Source: a virus
Taxonomy: Duplodnaviria > Heunggongvirae > Uroviricota > Caudoviricetes
Strand: one strand, 5' to 3'
DNA length: 64,000 nt
Virus record (IMG/VR): IMGVR_UViG_3300044673_000278
Location: 123,694-187,693 of that record
The notes under the pieces are model-generated. The model was not told the DNA's origin and did not search any database. It saw only the letters and a list, made by a program, of their open reading frames with translations. Below, piece after piece: positions 1 to 12,800 of the stretch. Numbering within the stretch: the first letter of the stretch is position 1; every line of letters begins with the position of its first letter. A program made the translations under genes and the position numbers.

Positions 1-1826
1 GGCACGCCTGGTCCCATGATAACACCTCCGTCGAAGGGTCTTGGCAGGAATGTAGCGTTGCTGCGAACGTTGATAATACCAGTTAGAGAGCCCGATACTG
101 CGGCACCTGCTTTGGCAGTGAATGTGAATGTGGTTGTCGACGGTACACTGACTACGTAAAAACTACCCAATGCATATGCATAGTTTGTACCAGCGGTCAT
201 GTCAACCAAAATTGGGGTGCCAGGAACTAATCCGTGAGCGTATGTGGTTGTTACTGTGATGGTACTTGGATTGTTACCATCACTGACAATACTCACAATG
301 TCTAAGTCTGCCCCAGTAAACGGATATGCTTCGCGAACCACTGTGTCAGTTCGATTCAATGGGTATCCTAGTGGATATCCTGGGTCACGATGTGGGTAGT
401 AAGAAAAGTTGTTGGTGTTGTACCCATCAGCAGATATAATGTTAATACCGTTAACATCTGGATCAACAGACGACAATACAGTACAATATTCACCTTCGCC
501 TTCGCCAATGCCGTGATCAGGTGCGTTGACTGCCACTAACGGAATATTGGCGTTGGTGCTGGCATTGTACAAGCCAGTCATACGCACCATCAAAGATCCT
601 GCACCTGCAAGTGTCAGCGGCGTTGAACTAAAAGCGCCACGGCTGATAGTCTGTAGACCGTTTACTGCTGTGTTAATGGCAGTGTGTTGTACTAATTCAA
701 CGTTGCCGCTGAGTTTTTGTATGATACTGCCCACAGCAGCTGAATTTACGCTGGGAATGTTATACCAGCCTCTAGTTAGATCTAATTCTGTACCGTTGGC
801 AATTTCAATTACTCTACCAATTTCAACGCTGGGTACAACATAGATTGCGTTGCCTGCACTAATGTTGGCACCGCCTGAGTTGGTGTTGTTGGTTTGTCTA
901 ATTACAGTGAGAGTGTTAGAACTAACGTTGGTCACCGCCATGACTTCAAACACATTGGCAGTATTGGTTTGAACAATCACATAAGAACCGTCGCTAATAC
1001 CTGCTGCTGCAACGTTGGCGCAGACTACAGAAGTTGTTGCTGTAGAAGTGATGTTGGTAGAAATAGTTGTACCACCGGAGGTTGGACGGGGGATGATCAG
1101 CACGTTATCGCCGATACTGAATCCAGTACTGCTAGCTACTTTAAATGTACGATCTTGCGGACTTGGTACTTCCTGAGTTAAGTATGTACTGGTCAGTACC
1201 GTAGTGTTACCTTGTGTTTGGCTGATTAGCAAAGCAAAGTCGTTGGCTACCCACTCTGGGCTTCCAGGGTTGTTCAATCTCACAGATGTATCAACGTTGG
1301 ATGTAATAGTATCATCGCCAGCAATCATAGCCACATAACCATTAGTTGAATAGTTAATATCTGCACCAGTATATTCAAAGAATCCTGGAATGTTGTTATT
1401 GGTTGAAAAATTCTGCCACTTGGTATTTTGCAAACCGTATTCAAAGTCAGCATCAATCAGAGCTTCGGGGTTGGCAATACGGCTACGTCCAATTGCATCA
1501 AGACCAAACCCATAAGGTTGTGTGTAAATTTGTTGAGTTTCAACCCATACTGCTAGTTTATCACCGGCGCTCATTGAGCTGGTATCGGCATCCAGTGTGA
1601 GTGTAGTTACTCCATCGTATGCTGTAGGAAAGTCGTTGGTTGTGCCAGCTGCCCACGACACTGAACCACCCAACGCTGGATCTCCAAAGTTGTAAATGCA
1701 GATACCGTCAGTGGTATTGTAGATGGCCAAAAACTCATCTAAGTTCACACGTCCTTGCACTTTGACAGTACCCAGCCCTGCGGTACCCGGTGTAAAAACG
1801 TATTGGTTAACTCTTTGTCGTGCCAT
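1..1826 (-). CDS. Virion structural protein, partial (runs off left edge, >=608 codons)
   Basis: Missing from the ORF track; translated by hand at both ends. ATG at 1826 just after the stop of the upstream gene: MARQRVNQYVFTPG...DAIGRSRIANPEALIDADFEYGLQNTKWQ...; same frame at the edge reads VRSNATFLPRPFDGGVIMGPG. These motifs recall large virion proteins of T4-like cyanophages. Confidence 0.8.
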   Translation of the reverse strand, partial: MARQRVNQYVFTPGTAGLGTVKVQGRVNLDEFLAIYNTTDGICIYNFGDPALGGSVSWAAGTTNDFPTAYDGVTTLTLDADTSSMSAGDKLAVWVETQQIYTQPYGFGLDAIGRSRIANPEALIDADFEYGLQNTKWQNFSTNNNIPGFFEYTGADINYSTNGYVAMIAGDDTITSNVDTSVRLNNPGSPEWVANDFALLISQTQGNTTVLTSTYLTQEVPSPQDRTFKVASSTGFSIGDNVLIIPRPTSGGTTISTNITSTATTSVVCANVAAAGISDGSYVIVQTNTANVFEVMAVTNVSSNTLTVIRQTNNTNSGGANISAGNAIYVVPSVEIGRVIEIANGTELDLTRGWYNIPSVNSAAVGSIIQKLSGNVELVQHTAINTAVNGLQTISRGAFSSTPLTLAGAGSLMVRMTGLYNASTNANIPLVAVNAPDHGIGEGEGEYCTVLSSVDPDVNGINIISADGYNTNNFSYYPHRDPGYPLGYPLNRTDTVVREAYPFTGADLDIVSIVSDGNNPSTITVTTTYAHGLVPGTPILVDMTAGTNYAYALGSFYVVSVPSTTTFTFTAKAGAAVSGSLTGIINVRSNATFLPRPFDGGVIMGPGV

Positions 1827-1829
1827 CTC

Positions 1830-2219
1830 TTAAACTCCAAATATGATTTGATTCGCAGTCAATCTTGCCTGCGTGGTTGTACTAAATTTATCGTAACTCA
1901 CAGCACCTGTGGCGATTTTGCTGTTGGTCACAGTTGCATCACTGGGCGTACCAGTGTACAGTGTGTCGCCCATGATGATGCCAAAAAATGGTGTCAATGC
2001 CGCAGGCGCTGTGGTAAAACTTATGGTAGATCCTGATATCGAAAAGTCCACTCCGGGGTTTTGTGTCTCTCCGTTGAGCACTACCATCATAGCAAACGCA
2101 GTAGGGGGATTAAACGAAATACCTCCCACTGTGATCGGAAAGGACGTTGTTGAGCCGTCAAAGCTCAAACTATCCATTTTTCTATACTGACCTATTTGTG
2201 GTGTATTGCCTATGTACAT
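1830..2219 (-). CDS. Small fibre-associated virion protein (129 aa)
   Basis: MYIGNTP...FDGSTTSF...NGETQNPGVDFSISGSTISFTTAP module typical of T4-like fibre proteins; TAATG overlap with upstream gene. Confidence 0.7.
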   Translation of the reverse strand: MYIGNTPQIGQYRKMDSLSFDGSTTSFPITVGGISFNPPTAFAMMVVLNGETQNPGVDFSISGSTISFTTAPAALTPFFGIIMGDTLYTGTPSDATVTNSKIATGAVSYDKFSTTTQARLTANQIIFGV

Positions 2220-5200
2220 TATAATCTTCCTACAACAACTTCGATGGTGCCTTCGACTCCTACAAAGTCTTCCAGTGCTTTACCAATCACTGAACCAATG
2301 GCCGGTGTTGAACAAGCCATAGCACGACCGTTGCCTGCGGCAACCATCATGTCGCCTTTGCTAACTGGACCCAATACGTATGTAGGTACTCGTCCAGTTA
2401 GCGCCACTGGCACTGGATATTCTCCGTTGATAGCCGAATTCATCAAGTGTGCAGGATCTGTAGAAACTACACCAGCAATTCTGTCATCCCCGGGTGTCAT
2501 TGCAATGGTTACTTCGTTTTTGCCACCAAAAATCAACACAGTTCCTGGAGCATAATCTTGATCTGCACGATACATTTCTGCCAAGTCGGCGTATCGTGCT
2601 TGTGTAGCAGTACCAGTAAACAGTGTAGCACTAACGTTGCCTGCTGTGATATTACCAGTCACTGCCAAGCTGGTCAGCGTACCAACTGAAGTAATATTGG
2701 GCTGTGCTGCTGTGGTCACTGTACCAGCTGTGGTAGCCGATGTAGCCGAAGTAGCACTTGGCACTGTACCAGTTACGTTAGCACCAGTCAATGAACTTAA
2801 ACCAGCACCTGAACCAAAGTGTGAGCCGTTGATGTTTGCACCAGAAATGTTGCCTGTTACTGCCAAGCTAGTCAATGTACCAACTGACGTAATATTAGGT
2901 TGGGCCGCAATGGTCACAGTACCGGCTGTACCAGCCGAAGTCGCTGAAATCGCAGCAGCAACAGTTCCAGTAACGTTGGCGCCATTTAAACTTGACAGGC
3001 CAGCACCTGATCCAAAGAACGTAGAATTAACATTGCCAGCAGTAATGTTTCCTGTAACTGCCAAGCTAGTCAATGTACCAACTGACGTAATATTTGGTTG
3101 GGCTGCTGTGGTTACTGTACCAGCAGTGGTTGCTGATGTAGCGGTGGTTGCTGATCCTGCTGAAGTAGCAAATGTGGCATTGGCCACAGTGCCAGTGACG
3201 TTGGCACCAGTTAGTGAACTTAAACCTGCACCTGAGCCAAAGTGTGTAGCGGTTACGTTACCCGCTACAATATTACCAATACCTAGTGCAATACCTGCAC
3301 CAATAAGGTTACCGGTGGCACTAACCAATCCACCGGTGTTGATATTACCACCAGTGATGTTAGCAGTTACTGCCAAACTTGACAATGTACCAACTGAAGT
3401 GATGTTTGGTTGTGCTGCTGTAGTTACTGTACCAGCTACTGTTGCACTAGCCACTGTACCTGTGACGTTTGCACCAGTTAGTGAACTTAAACCTGCACCA
3501 GAACCAACAAACAAATTAGCAGTTATAACGTTGGCGCCGCTGATATTTCCCCCAGAGCCTGCACCCGTTATAAGGTTTCCTGCTGCTACGTTGCCTGCAA
3601 CACTCAATGATGACAGTGTACCAACAGAAGCAATGTTAGGCTGTGCAGCAGTGGTCAATGTACCAGTTAAATTAGTTGCACTTACTAGAGTAGCACCAGT
3701 TAAGTTACCAGCAGTAATGTTACCAGTTACAGCTAACGATGACAGCGTACCAACTGATGTAATGTTTGGTTGTGCTGCGGTTGTAACAGTACCAGCGGTG
3801 GTTGCCGATGTGGCTGTAGTTGCTGATCCTGCTGAAGTAGCAAATGTGGCGTTGGCCACAGTACCAGTGACGTTTGCACCAGTTAGTGAACTTAAACCTG
3901 CACCTGAACCAAAGTGTGTGCCATTGATATTAGCTCCACTGATGTTGCCAGTTACAGCTAAACTAGTGAGTGTACCAACTGATGTAATGTTTGGTTGTGC
4001 TGCGGTTGTAACAGTACCAGCGGTGGTTGCCGATGTAGCCGTTGTAGCACTGGCCACAGTCCCTGTAACGTTGGCTCCGGTTATGCTCGATAGACCAGCA
4101 CCTGAACCAAAGTGTGTGCCATTGATATTGGCTCCAGTGATATTGCCTGCGGCGCTGACTGTGCCAGTACTGATTAAATTACCTGCTGTGACGTTGCCTG
4201 TAGTAGCAATAGAACTGAGCACATTTCCAGTCAAACTCAGCCCTGAGATTACCAAATTGCCAGCTGATATGTTACCTGCTGCAATAATATTACCAGTTGA
4301 GCTTATGGTAGCGCCGATCACCATCATATTACCTATGAGGTTGCCGCCAAACACATTACCTGTGGCGTTGATATTGCCTGTAGCTGATACTAGTCCGGCT
4401 GTATTAATGTTGCCGCCTGTGACGTTGCCAGTGGCGCTGACTGTCCCGCCTACACTGACCAAGCCTGTGGTTAGAACGTTACCGCCTGTGATGTTGCCGC
4501 CGGCACTGACAGTGGTACCTGCGGTCACAGCTGATATGGCATTTAAATTTCCACCGTTGGTGTTGCCAGTGGCTTGAATAGATCCTGTAGCAGTGATTAA
4601 CCCAGCAGTAGAAATATTTCCACCAATAACGTTGCCAGTAGCAGATACCAACCCAGCTGTGTTGACATTGGCTCCAGTAACGTTGCCAGAACCTGAAATG
4701 GTTGTACCACTGATAGCAGCACCAGTGATTGCACCAGTAGCTGAAATTAACCCACCGGTGACCAAATTGCCACCTGTGACGTTGCCTGTAAATGTTCCGA
4801 AGCCTGTTGCAACAACGTTTGCCCCGGTGACCAAGTTACCAGTAGCAGATACTAAACCTGCTGTGGTAATATTTCCACCAATAACGTTGCCAGCTGCACT
4901 AACGGTTGTTCCTGCTGCTACGCTGCCTGCATTGACTGCGCCAGTAACCGATACTGCGCCGCCTGTGGTTAAGTTTCCACCAACAACATTGCCTACTACA
5001 CTCAATAGAGAAGCAACACGCACTTGTCCGACACCGTTGGGAGTTAGAACAATGTTAGCGTTGGCTGTTGTAGTTTGAATGTCTAACTGATTTGCATCAA
5101 AAATGCCACCAGTTAATATCAAATTACCACCAGTGACGTTGCCAGCTCCTGCTGACAAGCTTGTACCAGTAATTGCAGCACCTGTAATAGCACCAGTTGC

Positions 5201-6532
5201 TGAAACCAGGCCAGCTGTGTTGATATTACCGCCTACGACGTTTCCGGCAGCTGATACTGATGCTGCATTAACTGCACCAGCGGCCGATACTAGGCCACCA
5301 GTGTTAATGTTTCCACCAGTAACGTTGCCAGCTGCACTGATGCTTCCGCCAGTGACTGCTCCAGCAGCAGTGATTATACCGCCTGTGACTAAATTGCCAC
5401 CAGTGACATTACCGGATGCATTCAATGTAGTAGCCGATGCCGCCCCAGTTACTGCTATACCCGAGCCGGATATTGTAGCAATAGTAGTTCCGTTAACGTT
5501 GGCAATGATGTTACCATTGATTGATGGAATTCGAACGGTACTGGTACCATTGTTGATGTTTGTAGTATCTGAAGAAATACCAGTTAGCAATGAGCCGTTG
5601 CCTATGAAGTAAGTTCCTGCAACGTTGCCTGTGGCACTCAAACTAGCCAAAGTCAAACTATTATACTCAAAGCTAGCATTGCCAGTATCTACTGTGGTTC
5701 CTGGTTTGACTGTTAAGTTACCAAACAGTTTCCATTGATCGTCGGTGATGTCACGGAAAAGACCAGCATAGCGAGTTACCCCATCGTTATATTCGGTAAC
5801 AATACCTGAATCAAAACTATCGCCGGGGTTGGCGTTAGCAAGGAAGATAAATGGGTCATTAACTTCGAGACTGTCTGTGCCAGTGGTGCGGAATACACCA
5901 TTGACTGTGAAGTCTCCAACACAAGTTATATTTTCACCTACGTTTAAGTTACCGCCTATGCCAGCGCCGCCGTTGACCAGCAATGCGCCACTGGAAATAC
6001 CAGTGCTGGGAGTAGTAGACAACGAGTGTAGTTCGCCTGTGGCGTGAATATTGCCGTCTGCGCTGATTCCTCCCCCAACTACTATTGCTCCAGTTGCATT
6101 GCCGGTTGAGATCAAATTGGCATTGAAGGTGGTATTTAGAACCCCAGCAACTGAGATACTCATCGATTCGGCATTTGCCCAATAGATACCAGTGTTGTTG
6201 GCAGCAACAGAATATACACTAGGAGCACCAATTGTACCAGCCGGGAACACATTGGCTTGCAAAGTAAGAGAATTTAGTGCGCCAGCGCGATATGTAACTG
6301 TGATATTGTTTGAACCAGTTGCCGGTGCTGTGGTAAACAACAATGTGGTATTTTGAGCAGTATAGTCTACCGTTGGCCTTTGCGGTACATTACCAATTAA
6401 CACATCCAAATCTGATGCGCTGGCAACTGATCGTGCCAGTGTAAACTGAGTAGCCGCACTGTTTCCACTGAAGAACTGAGTGCTGGTATTCAGCAACGGT
6501 ACATTTGGGTCAAGACCTAGATAGCCGCTCAT
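2219..6532 (-). CDS. Long tail fibre-like protein (1437 aa) with C-terminal peptidase G2/IMC-like chaperone domain
   Basis: G/N/T/A/V-rich repeats (GNVTGGN, TVTTAAQPNITSVGTL); C-terminus YADLAEMY...PGTVLIFGG..EVT...VALTGRVP...KGDMMV...IGKALE. Confidence 0.8.
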   Translation of the reverse strand: MSGYLGLDPNVPLLNTSTQFFSGNSAATQFTLARSVASASDLDVLIGNVPQRPTVDYTAQNTTLLFTTAPATGSNNITVTYRAGALNSLTLQANVFPAGTIGAPSVYSVAANNTGIYWANAESMSISVAGVLNTTFNANLISTGNATGAIVVGGGISADGNIHATGELHSLSTTPSTGISSGALLVNGGAGIGGNLNVGENITCVGDFTVNGVFRTTGTDSLEVNDPFIFLANANPGDSFDSGIVTEYNDGVTRYAGLFRDITDDQWKLFGNLTVKPGTTVDTGNASFEYNSLTLASLSATGNVAGTYFIGNGSLLTGISSDTTNINNGTSTVRIPSINGNIIANVNGTTIATISGSGIAVTGAASATTLNASGNVTGGNLVTGGIITAAGAVTGGSISAAGNVTGGNINTGGLVSAAGAVNAASVSAAGNVVGGNINTAGLVSATGAITGAAITGTSLSAGAGNVTGGNLILTGGIFDANQLDIQTTTANANIVLTPNGVGQVRVASLLSVVGNVVGGNLTTGGAVSVTGAVNAGSVAAGTTVSAAGNVIGGNITTAGLVSATGNLVTGANVVATGFGTFTGNVTGGNLVTGGLISATGAITGAAISGTTISGSGNVTGANVNTAGLVSATGNVIGGNISTAGLITATGSIQATGNTNGGNLNAISAVTAGTTVSAGGNITGGNVLTTGLVSVGGTVSATGNVTGGNINTAGLVSATGNINATGNVFGGNLIGNMMVIGATISSTGNIIAAGNISAGNLVISGLSLTGNVLSSIATTGNVTAGNLISTGTVSAAGNITGANINGTHFGSGAGLSSITGANVTGTVASATTATSATTAGTVTTAAQPNITSVGTLTSLAVTGNISGANINGTHFGSGAGLSSLTGANVTGTVANATFATSAGSATTATSATTAGTVTTAAQPNITSVGTLSSLAVTGNITAGNLTGATLVSATNLTGTLTTAAQPNIASVGTLSSLSVAGNVAAGNLITGAGSGGNISGANVITANLFVGSGAGLSSLTGANVTGTVASATVAGTVTTAAQPNITSVGTLSSLAVTANITGGNINTGGLVSATGNLIGAGIALGIGNIVAGNVTATHFGSGAGLSSLTGANVTGTVANATFATSAGSATTATSATTAGTVTTAAQPNITSVGTLTSLAVTGNITAGNVNSTFFGSGAGLSSLNGANVTGTVAAAISATSAGTAGTVTIAAQPNITSVGTLTSLAVTGNISGANINGSHFGSGAGLSSLTGANVTGTVPSATSATSATTAGTVTTAAQPNITSVGTLTSLAVTGNITAGNVSATLFTGTATQARYADLAEMYRADQDYAPGTVLIFGGKNEVTIAMTPGDDRIAGVVSTDPAHLMNSAINGEYPVPVALTGRVPTYVLGPVSKGDMMVAAGNGRAMACSTPAIGSVIGKALEDFVGVEGTIEVVVGRL

Positions 6533-6864
6533 TAGTTAATTTCCATAATGCTCATAACAACATCTACACTAGATGATGCACTGCTTTGCACATAGATACT
6601 GTCACCAGTTTCTAGCACAACTTTTTGATCTCCACCTACTACAACCAAACTTGAACCTGAACTGATAGGTGCATTGGTCAAAATTGAAGTGTTTGCCACA
6701 GTGTCATTGAGAAAAACATTGGCAGAAATTGAGCTGCCAGATGTGTTAGTAACAGTTAATCCAATTATGACCGCTGTGTTGCCAGCACCAACTGCATAGG
6801 TTCCGACCTGTGTAGCAGTAGTTCCAATCGCTCTACTGAGTTTACGTTTAAATGTATTTGCCAT
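6532..6864 (-). CDS. Small virion/fibre-associated protein (110 aa)
   Basis: MANTFK...VIIGLTVTN...GSSLVVVGGDQKVVLETGDSIYV, a beta-rich type common next to fibres in T4-like phages; coupled to the downstream fibre. Confidence 0.7.
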   Translation of the reverse strand: MANTFKRKLSRAIGTTATQVGTYAVGAGNTAVIIGLTVTNTSGSSISANVFLNDTVANTSILTNAPISSGSSLVVVGGDQKVVLETGDSIYVQSSASSSVDVVMSIMEIN

Positions 6865-6867
6865 CTT

Positions 6868-9800
6868 TTATCCTAATGCAATTGCTAGTGCAACAGCGTC
6901 GCTTACTGTAGCCACTGGCTGTCCAGCAATATTTATGGTGCCCGAAGCCGACACATTTCCAGCAGTGATGTTGCCAGTTGTTGTAATTCCTGTGGTCATG
7001 TTTAGAGCACTGACCACGTTGCCGCTGAGGCTTAGTCCTGTAGCGTTTAAATTGCCGCCATTGATATTACCTGTAGCACTGATAACACCAGCGGTATTAA
7101 CGTTACCTCCAGTAACATTGCCTCCAACTGAAGCAACACCGCTGGTATAGAATCCGCCAGCGTATACATTGCCGCCAATACCAGCGCCGCCAGCTACTTT
7201 GAGTGCGCCACTAGTTGTGCTGTTTGATACTTCTGAACTCTTGACGTTGGCCAAAGTTACAACTTCTAGCGTGGTTATGTTACCAATACCTGTAGTTGTA
7301 ATGTTAGCGCCAAAAATGTTACCAACTGCACTGAGCACTCCATCTGAATTAACGTTTCCGCCCGAGACGTTGCCTGTAGCTACAATAAGTCCTGCAGTAC
7401 TGATGTTTCCGCCAGCAATATTGCCAGTTGCGGTTACGCTGCCCGAGTTAACAGCACCAGTTGCACTTACCAAACCAGCTGTGTTGATGTTACCACCTGT
7501 GACATTTCCTGTAGCACTTACGCTGCCCGAGTTAACAGCACCAGTTGCACTTACCAAACCACTTGTGGTTAGGTTGCCGCCAGTTACGTTTCCAACTGCA
7601 ATTACTGCGCCTGTGGCACTGACTCTTCCACCTGCGTTAACATTACCACCTGTGATGTTGCCAATGGCACTAATAGTGCTGCCTGATTCAACAGCAGCAC
7701 CGCTGATCGTACCAGTATTGGTAATAACATTACCAGCAACACTGACACGACCTGACACATTAACATCGCCGCCGTTGTTGGTTGCAATGGTTCCGCCTAC
7801 GCTGAGTGCGTTGGTGATAGCATCATATGTAAATCCTGAGTCAGATCCAACAATGCCATTGTTGTTAAACAGTACTTGTGTATTGCTGCCAGTCAAAGAA
7901 ATATTACCTAGCAGGTTACCAATAAAAGTTCCAGCAATAACATTACCACCAGTGATATTACCTGCTGCTGATATACCAACAGCAGCAACCAAATTGGCAC
8001 CAGTAATGTTGCCCGTAGCAGTCACGGTGCCAGCAGTGCTAATATTACCACCGATCAAGCTACCGACAGCAGAAACTAGACCTGCGGTATTGATGTTTCC
8101 GCCTGTGACATTGCCAGTGGCAGTAACCAATCCAACAGTGTTGATGTTACCACCGTTGATGTTTCCAGTTGCTGCAATCAAACCAGCTGTACTAATATTG
8201 CCGCCGGTGATATTGCCTGTGGCAATCATTTGTCCAGCTGCGGTCACAGTTCCAGCAGATACTACGTTGCCACCACGAACGTTACCTGTAGCACTTACTA
8301 AGCCAGCTGTGTTGATGTTACCACCAGTAACATTGCCTGTGGCACTGACTGCGCCAACTGGTACACTTAGACTACCATTGTTAATAGTAATTCCGCTGCC
8401 AGCAGTAATAGCATAAACTGCTTCAATGTTTCCACCAGTAATATTACCTGTGACATTCAGCGGGCTCACTACATTGCCTGTTAGGCTGAGATTGGTTGTG
8501 CTTACGTTTGCGCCAGTAATATTAGCAGTGACATTTAGAGGACCAAGCACGTTGCCTGTGAGGCTGAAGTTAGCAGCGTTAATTGCAGAAGCTGATATGT
8601 TGCCTGTTGCAGTAACACTGCCAAATGAGCCAGTGCCGCTGGTGTTCAAATTACCGCCATCAACGTTGCCACTGACACTCAATGAGCTCAGGGTGCCAAC
8701 TGATGTAATGTTGGGTTGTGCATTGGTTGTAACTGTGCCAGCTGTAGTTGCAGATGTAGCTGTGCCAGCCGATGTAGCATATGTGGCATTAGCCACAGTA
8801 CCTGTAACATTGGCACCTGTCAAACTTGACAATCCTGCGCCATTACCAAAGAATGTTGAGTTAACATTGCCACCATCAACGTTGCCGCTCACACTTAGCG
8901 ATGTCAATGTACCAACTGAGGTGATGTTAGGTTGAGCGTTTGTGGTTACAGTACCTGCTGTGGTTGCAGATGTAGCTGTGCCAGACGAAGTAGCATATGT
9001 AGCATTGGCCACAGTACCTGTAACATTGGCACCTGTAAGAGAACTTAATCCTGCTCCATTACCAAAGAACGTTGAGTTAACATTACCACCATCAACATTG
9101 CCACTGACGCTCAAACTTGTTAATGTTCCAACTGAGGTAATGTTGGGTTGAGCGTTAGTTGTAACTGTACCAGCTGTAGTTGCGCTAGTTGCACTGCCGG
9201 CTGAAGTGGCATATGTGGCATTGGCCACAGTACCTGTGACGTTAGCACCTGTCAAGTTTGACAGGCCAGCACCTGATCCAAAATGTGCTCCGTTGATATT
9301 AGCACCATCAACGTTGCCGCTCACACTTAGCGATGTCAATGTACCAACACTTGTAATATTTGGTTGTGCAGCAGTTGTAACAGTGCCTGCTGTTGTTGCT
9401 GATGTAGCACTACCAGCATTGGTTGCGTATGCAGCATTGGCTACTGTACCAGTAACGTTAGCACCAGTTAAGTTGGTCAGTGTTGAACCGTTACCAACAA
9501 TATAATTTCCTGTGACATTGCCCGAAGCAGACACAGTTTGAGCAGCAATATTACCAGCAACCAGTGTACCATAGTTGTTAACAGTTACGATTTCGTTGGT
9601 AATGCTAACGTTGCTAGCAGCAATTAGGTTGCCCGAAGAATTCTGATAACCAATGAATGCTGAGTTTTCTGCATCGGTATAGTACCAAAGTTGTTCGCCG
9701 CGATCCTTGCCATCGTTGACTGTGAGTGGTGCATTGTTGGGACCGCGACCTAGACCGATAATTGGATCTTGGACGTTTAGGTTCTCGATGTTGACTGAGA

Positions 9801-12800
9801 ATGTATTACCATTGACTACAAGGTCTCCACCAACAATAACGTTGCCAGTGGTTTCAACAGTTGCCGCAGTGACAGCACCAGCAGTACCAATATTACCACC
9901 AGTTACGTTACCACTCACACTCAATGATGACAATGTACCAACGCTGGTTAGACTGCTGAATAAGACGTTGGAACTTAAAGTGTTTCCAGTGAGAGCGGCA
10001 GCATTTACACCCGAAGCTGTTACGCCTGTCAGTAAACTACCGTTACCAATGAAGTAGTCTGCAGATACGTTACCGGTTACACTTAGAGCAGTTAGTGTAC
10101 CAACACTAGTAATGTTGGGTTGTGCAGAAGTTGTAACAGTACCGGCTGTGGTTGCAGATGTAGCACTGCCAGCACTTGTGGCATAAGTGGCATTGGCCAC
10201 TGTACCTGTGACGTTAGCACCTGTAAGAGAACTTAAACCTGCTCCATTGCCAAAATGTGTGCCGTTGATATTGGCTCCATCAACGTTGCCACTCACACTC
10301 AATGATGTTAGTGTACCGACTGATGTGATATTTGGTTGTGCATTGGTTGTAACGGTACCAGCAGTAGTTGCCGATGTAGCTGATCCTGCCGATGTTGCAT
10401 ATGTAGCATTAGCCACTGTACCAGTGACATTGGCGCCAGTAATTGAACTTAATCCAGCACCGTTACCAAAGAATGTTGAGTTGACATTGCCACCATCAAC
10501 ATTACCGCTTACACTCAAGCTTGATAGTGTACCAACTGATGTGATATTTGGTTGTGCATTGGTTGTAACGGTACCAGCAGTAGTTGCCGAAGTTGCCGAG
10601 CCCGCATTGGTTGCATACGTAGCGTTAGCTACAGTACCTGTGACGTTAGCACCAGTTAGGTTGGTTAATGTAGAACCATTGCCAATAATGTACGAGCCAG
10701 TGACATTGCCTGTAGCACTTACTGCACCAGTTACATCTATTCCGGCAGTGCTAGCAGTTACAACAGTAGCGCCCGAAACAGCCACAGCAACGTTGCCATT
10801 GGGGGTTAGCACAGAAACATTGCTATTGCCGCTGACAATTTGTGTACCAGCACCTACAGCAATGTTGGTCAATTGACTACCATCGCCAATAAAATATCCA
10901 GCAACTACGTTGCCCGAAACATTGAGAGGACCCTGAACATTTCCGCTTAGAGTTAAATTGCTAGCACTTACATTGCCACTGACACTCAAACTTGATAGAG
11001 TACCAACTGATGTAATATTTGGTTGTGAAGCAGTGGTTACTGTGCCAGCAGTTGTAGCCGATGTAGCTGACCCAGCTGATGTGGCATAAGTGGCATTGGC
11101 CACAGTACCGGTGACGTTGGCACCAGTTAAGTTTGAAAGTCCTGCTCCCGAACCAAAGAATGTTGAGTTGACATTGCCACCATCAATGTTGCCAGTTACA
11201 CTCAAACTTGATAGAGTACCAACTGATGTAATGTTAGGTTGTGCGGCGGTGGTCACTGTACCAGCAGTGGTAGCCGATGTAGCACTACCAGCACTTGTGG
11301 CATAAGTGGCATTGGCCACAGTACCTGTAACGTTAGCACCTGTCAAGTTTGATAAGCCTGCACCTGATCCAAAATGTGCGCCGTTGACGTTTGCACCGTC
11401 GATATTACCACTAACACTTAGTGATGTCAATGTACCCACTGATGTGATATTTGGTTGTGCGGCGGTGGTCACTGTACCTGCTGTGGTAGCAGAGGTAGCC
11501 GATCCAGCAGAAGTAGCATAAGTGGCATTGGCCACGGTACCTGTGACATTGGCGCCTGGAATATTTGTTAGTCCCGCAGCATTTCCAACAAACTTGCCCG
11601 ACAACGAAACAACATCTGCGGTAGCGTTAAGGTTACCACCTGAAACGTTTGCAGTAGTTGCTACAACACCGTTTAAGTTTGGTAGACTTCCAGTGTATGT
11701 TGGCAAGTAAGCAGCAACATCAGCGTTGCCATAAGTTGCAGGCAATCCAGTTAGCTGACTACCGTTACCAATAAAATAATTGCCAGTGATGTTGCCAGAG
11801 GCGCTGACTTGCCCAGCGGTGACCAGATTGCCACCAATTACATTACCTGTAACAGTGGTCAAGCCAGAAATCACAGCGTTTGCAGCAACAACGTTACCTT
11901 GTGCAGATAATACGCCTAGCACCGCCAAAGTATTTGAATCTTTGTTGTAGGTCAAACCGGCTACTGCATCGGCATTGCCATTGGTATTGAATAACACTTG
12001 TGTGTTAGCACCTGGCACTACAATATTTGCTGTAATATTGCCAGCAAAATTACCTACAAAGAATCCATCAGTGATTATATTGCCTGACGCACTTACAATA
12101 CCTTGGGTTCTTAAGTTACCACCAGTTACATTACCAGTAGAAGAAACTAGACCAGTTGTATTGATGTTGCCGCCAGTAACGTTGCCAGTAGCTGAGACCA
12201 AACCGCCGGTGTTGACGTTGCCACCTGTGACATTTCCACCTGCAGACACCAATCCAGTAGTATTGATGTTACCGCCAGTGACGTTGCCTGTGCCGGTAAC
12301 ACTGCCTGCAATTACTGCACCAGTTGCTGAGATCAAACCGCCGGTGTTGACGTTGCCACCAATTACATTACCAGATGCAGATATTACTGCACCAGTTACA
12401 GATGTTGTAGCACTAAAATTGTTGGCTGTGGCATTAGCAGATACTGCCAAACTTGACAGTGTGCCCACTGATGTAATGTTAGGTTGTGCGTTTGTGGTTA
12501 CTGTACCAGCTGTGGTAGCCGATGTAGCTGTGCCTGCATTGGTTGCATATGTAGCATTGGCCACAGTACCTGTAACGTTAGCGCCAGCAAGATTGGTCAG
12601 TCCGGCACCATTACCATTGAAAGTTCCGCCATCAACATTGCCACTCACACTCAACGAGCTCAATGTGCCAACTGATGTAATATTTGGCTGTGCGTTTGTG
12701 GTTACAGTGCCAGCTGTGGTAGCACTTGTAGCTGACCCAGCACTACCTGCTGTTGCAGCGTATGTGGCATTGGCCACGGTACCAGTGATATTGGCACCAG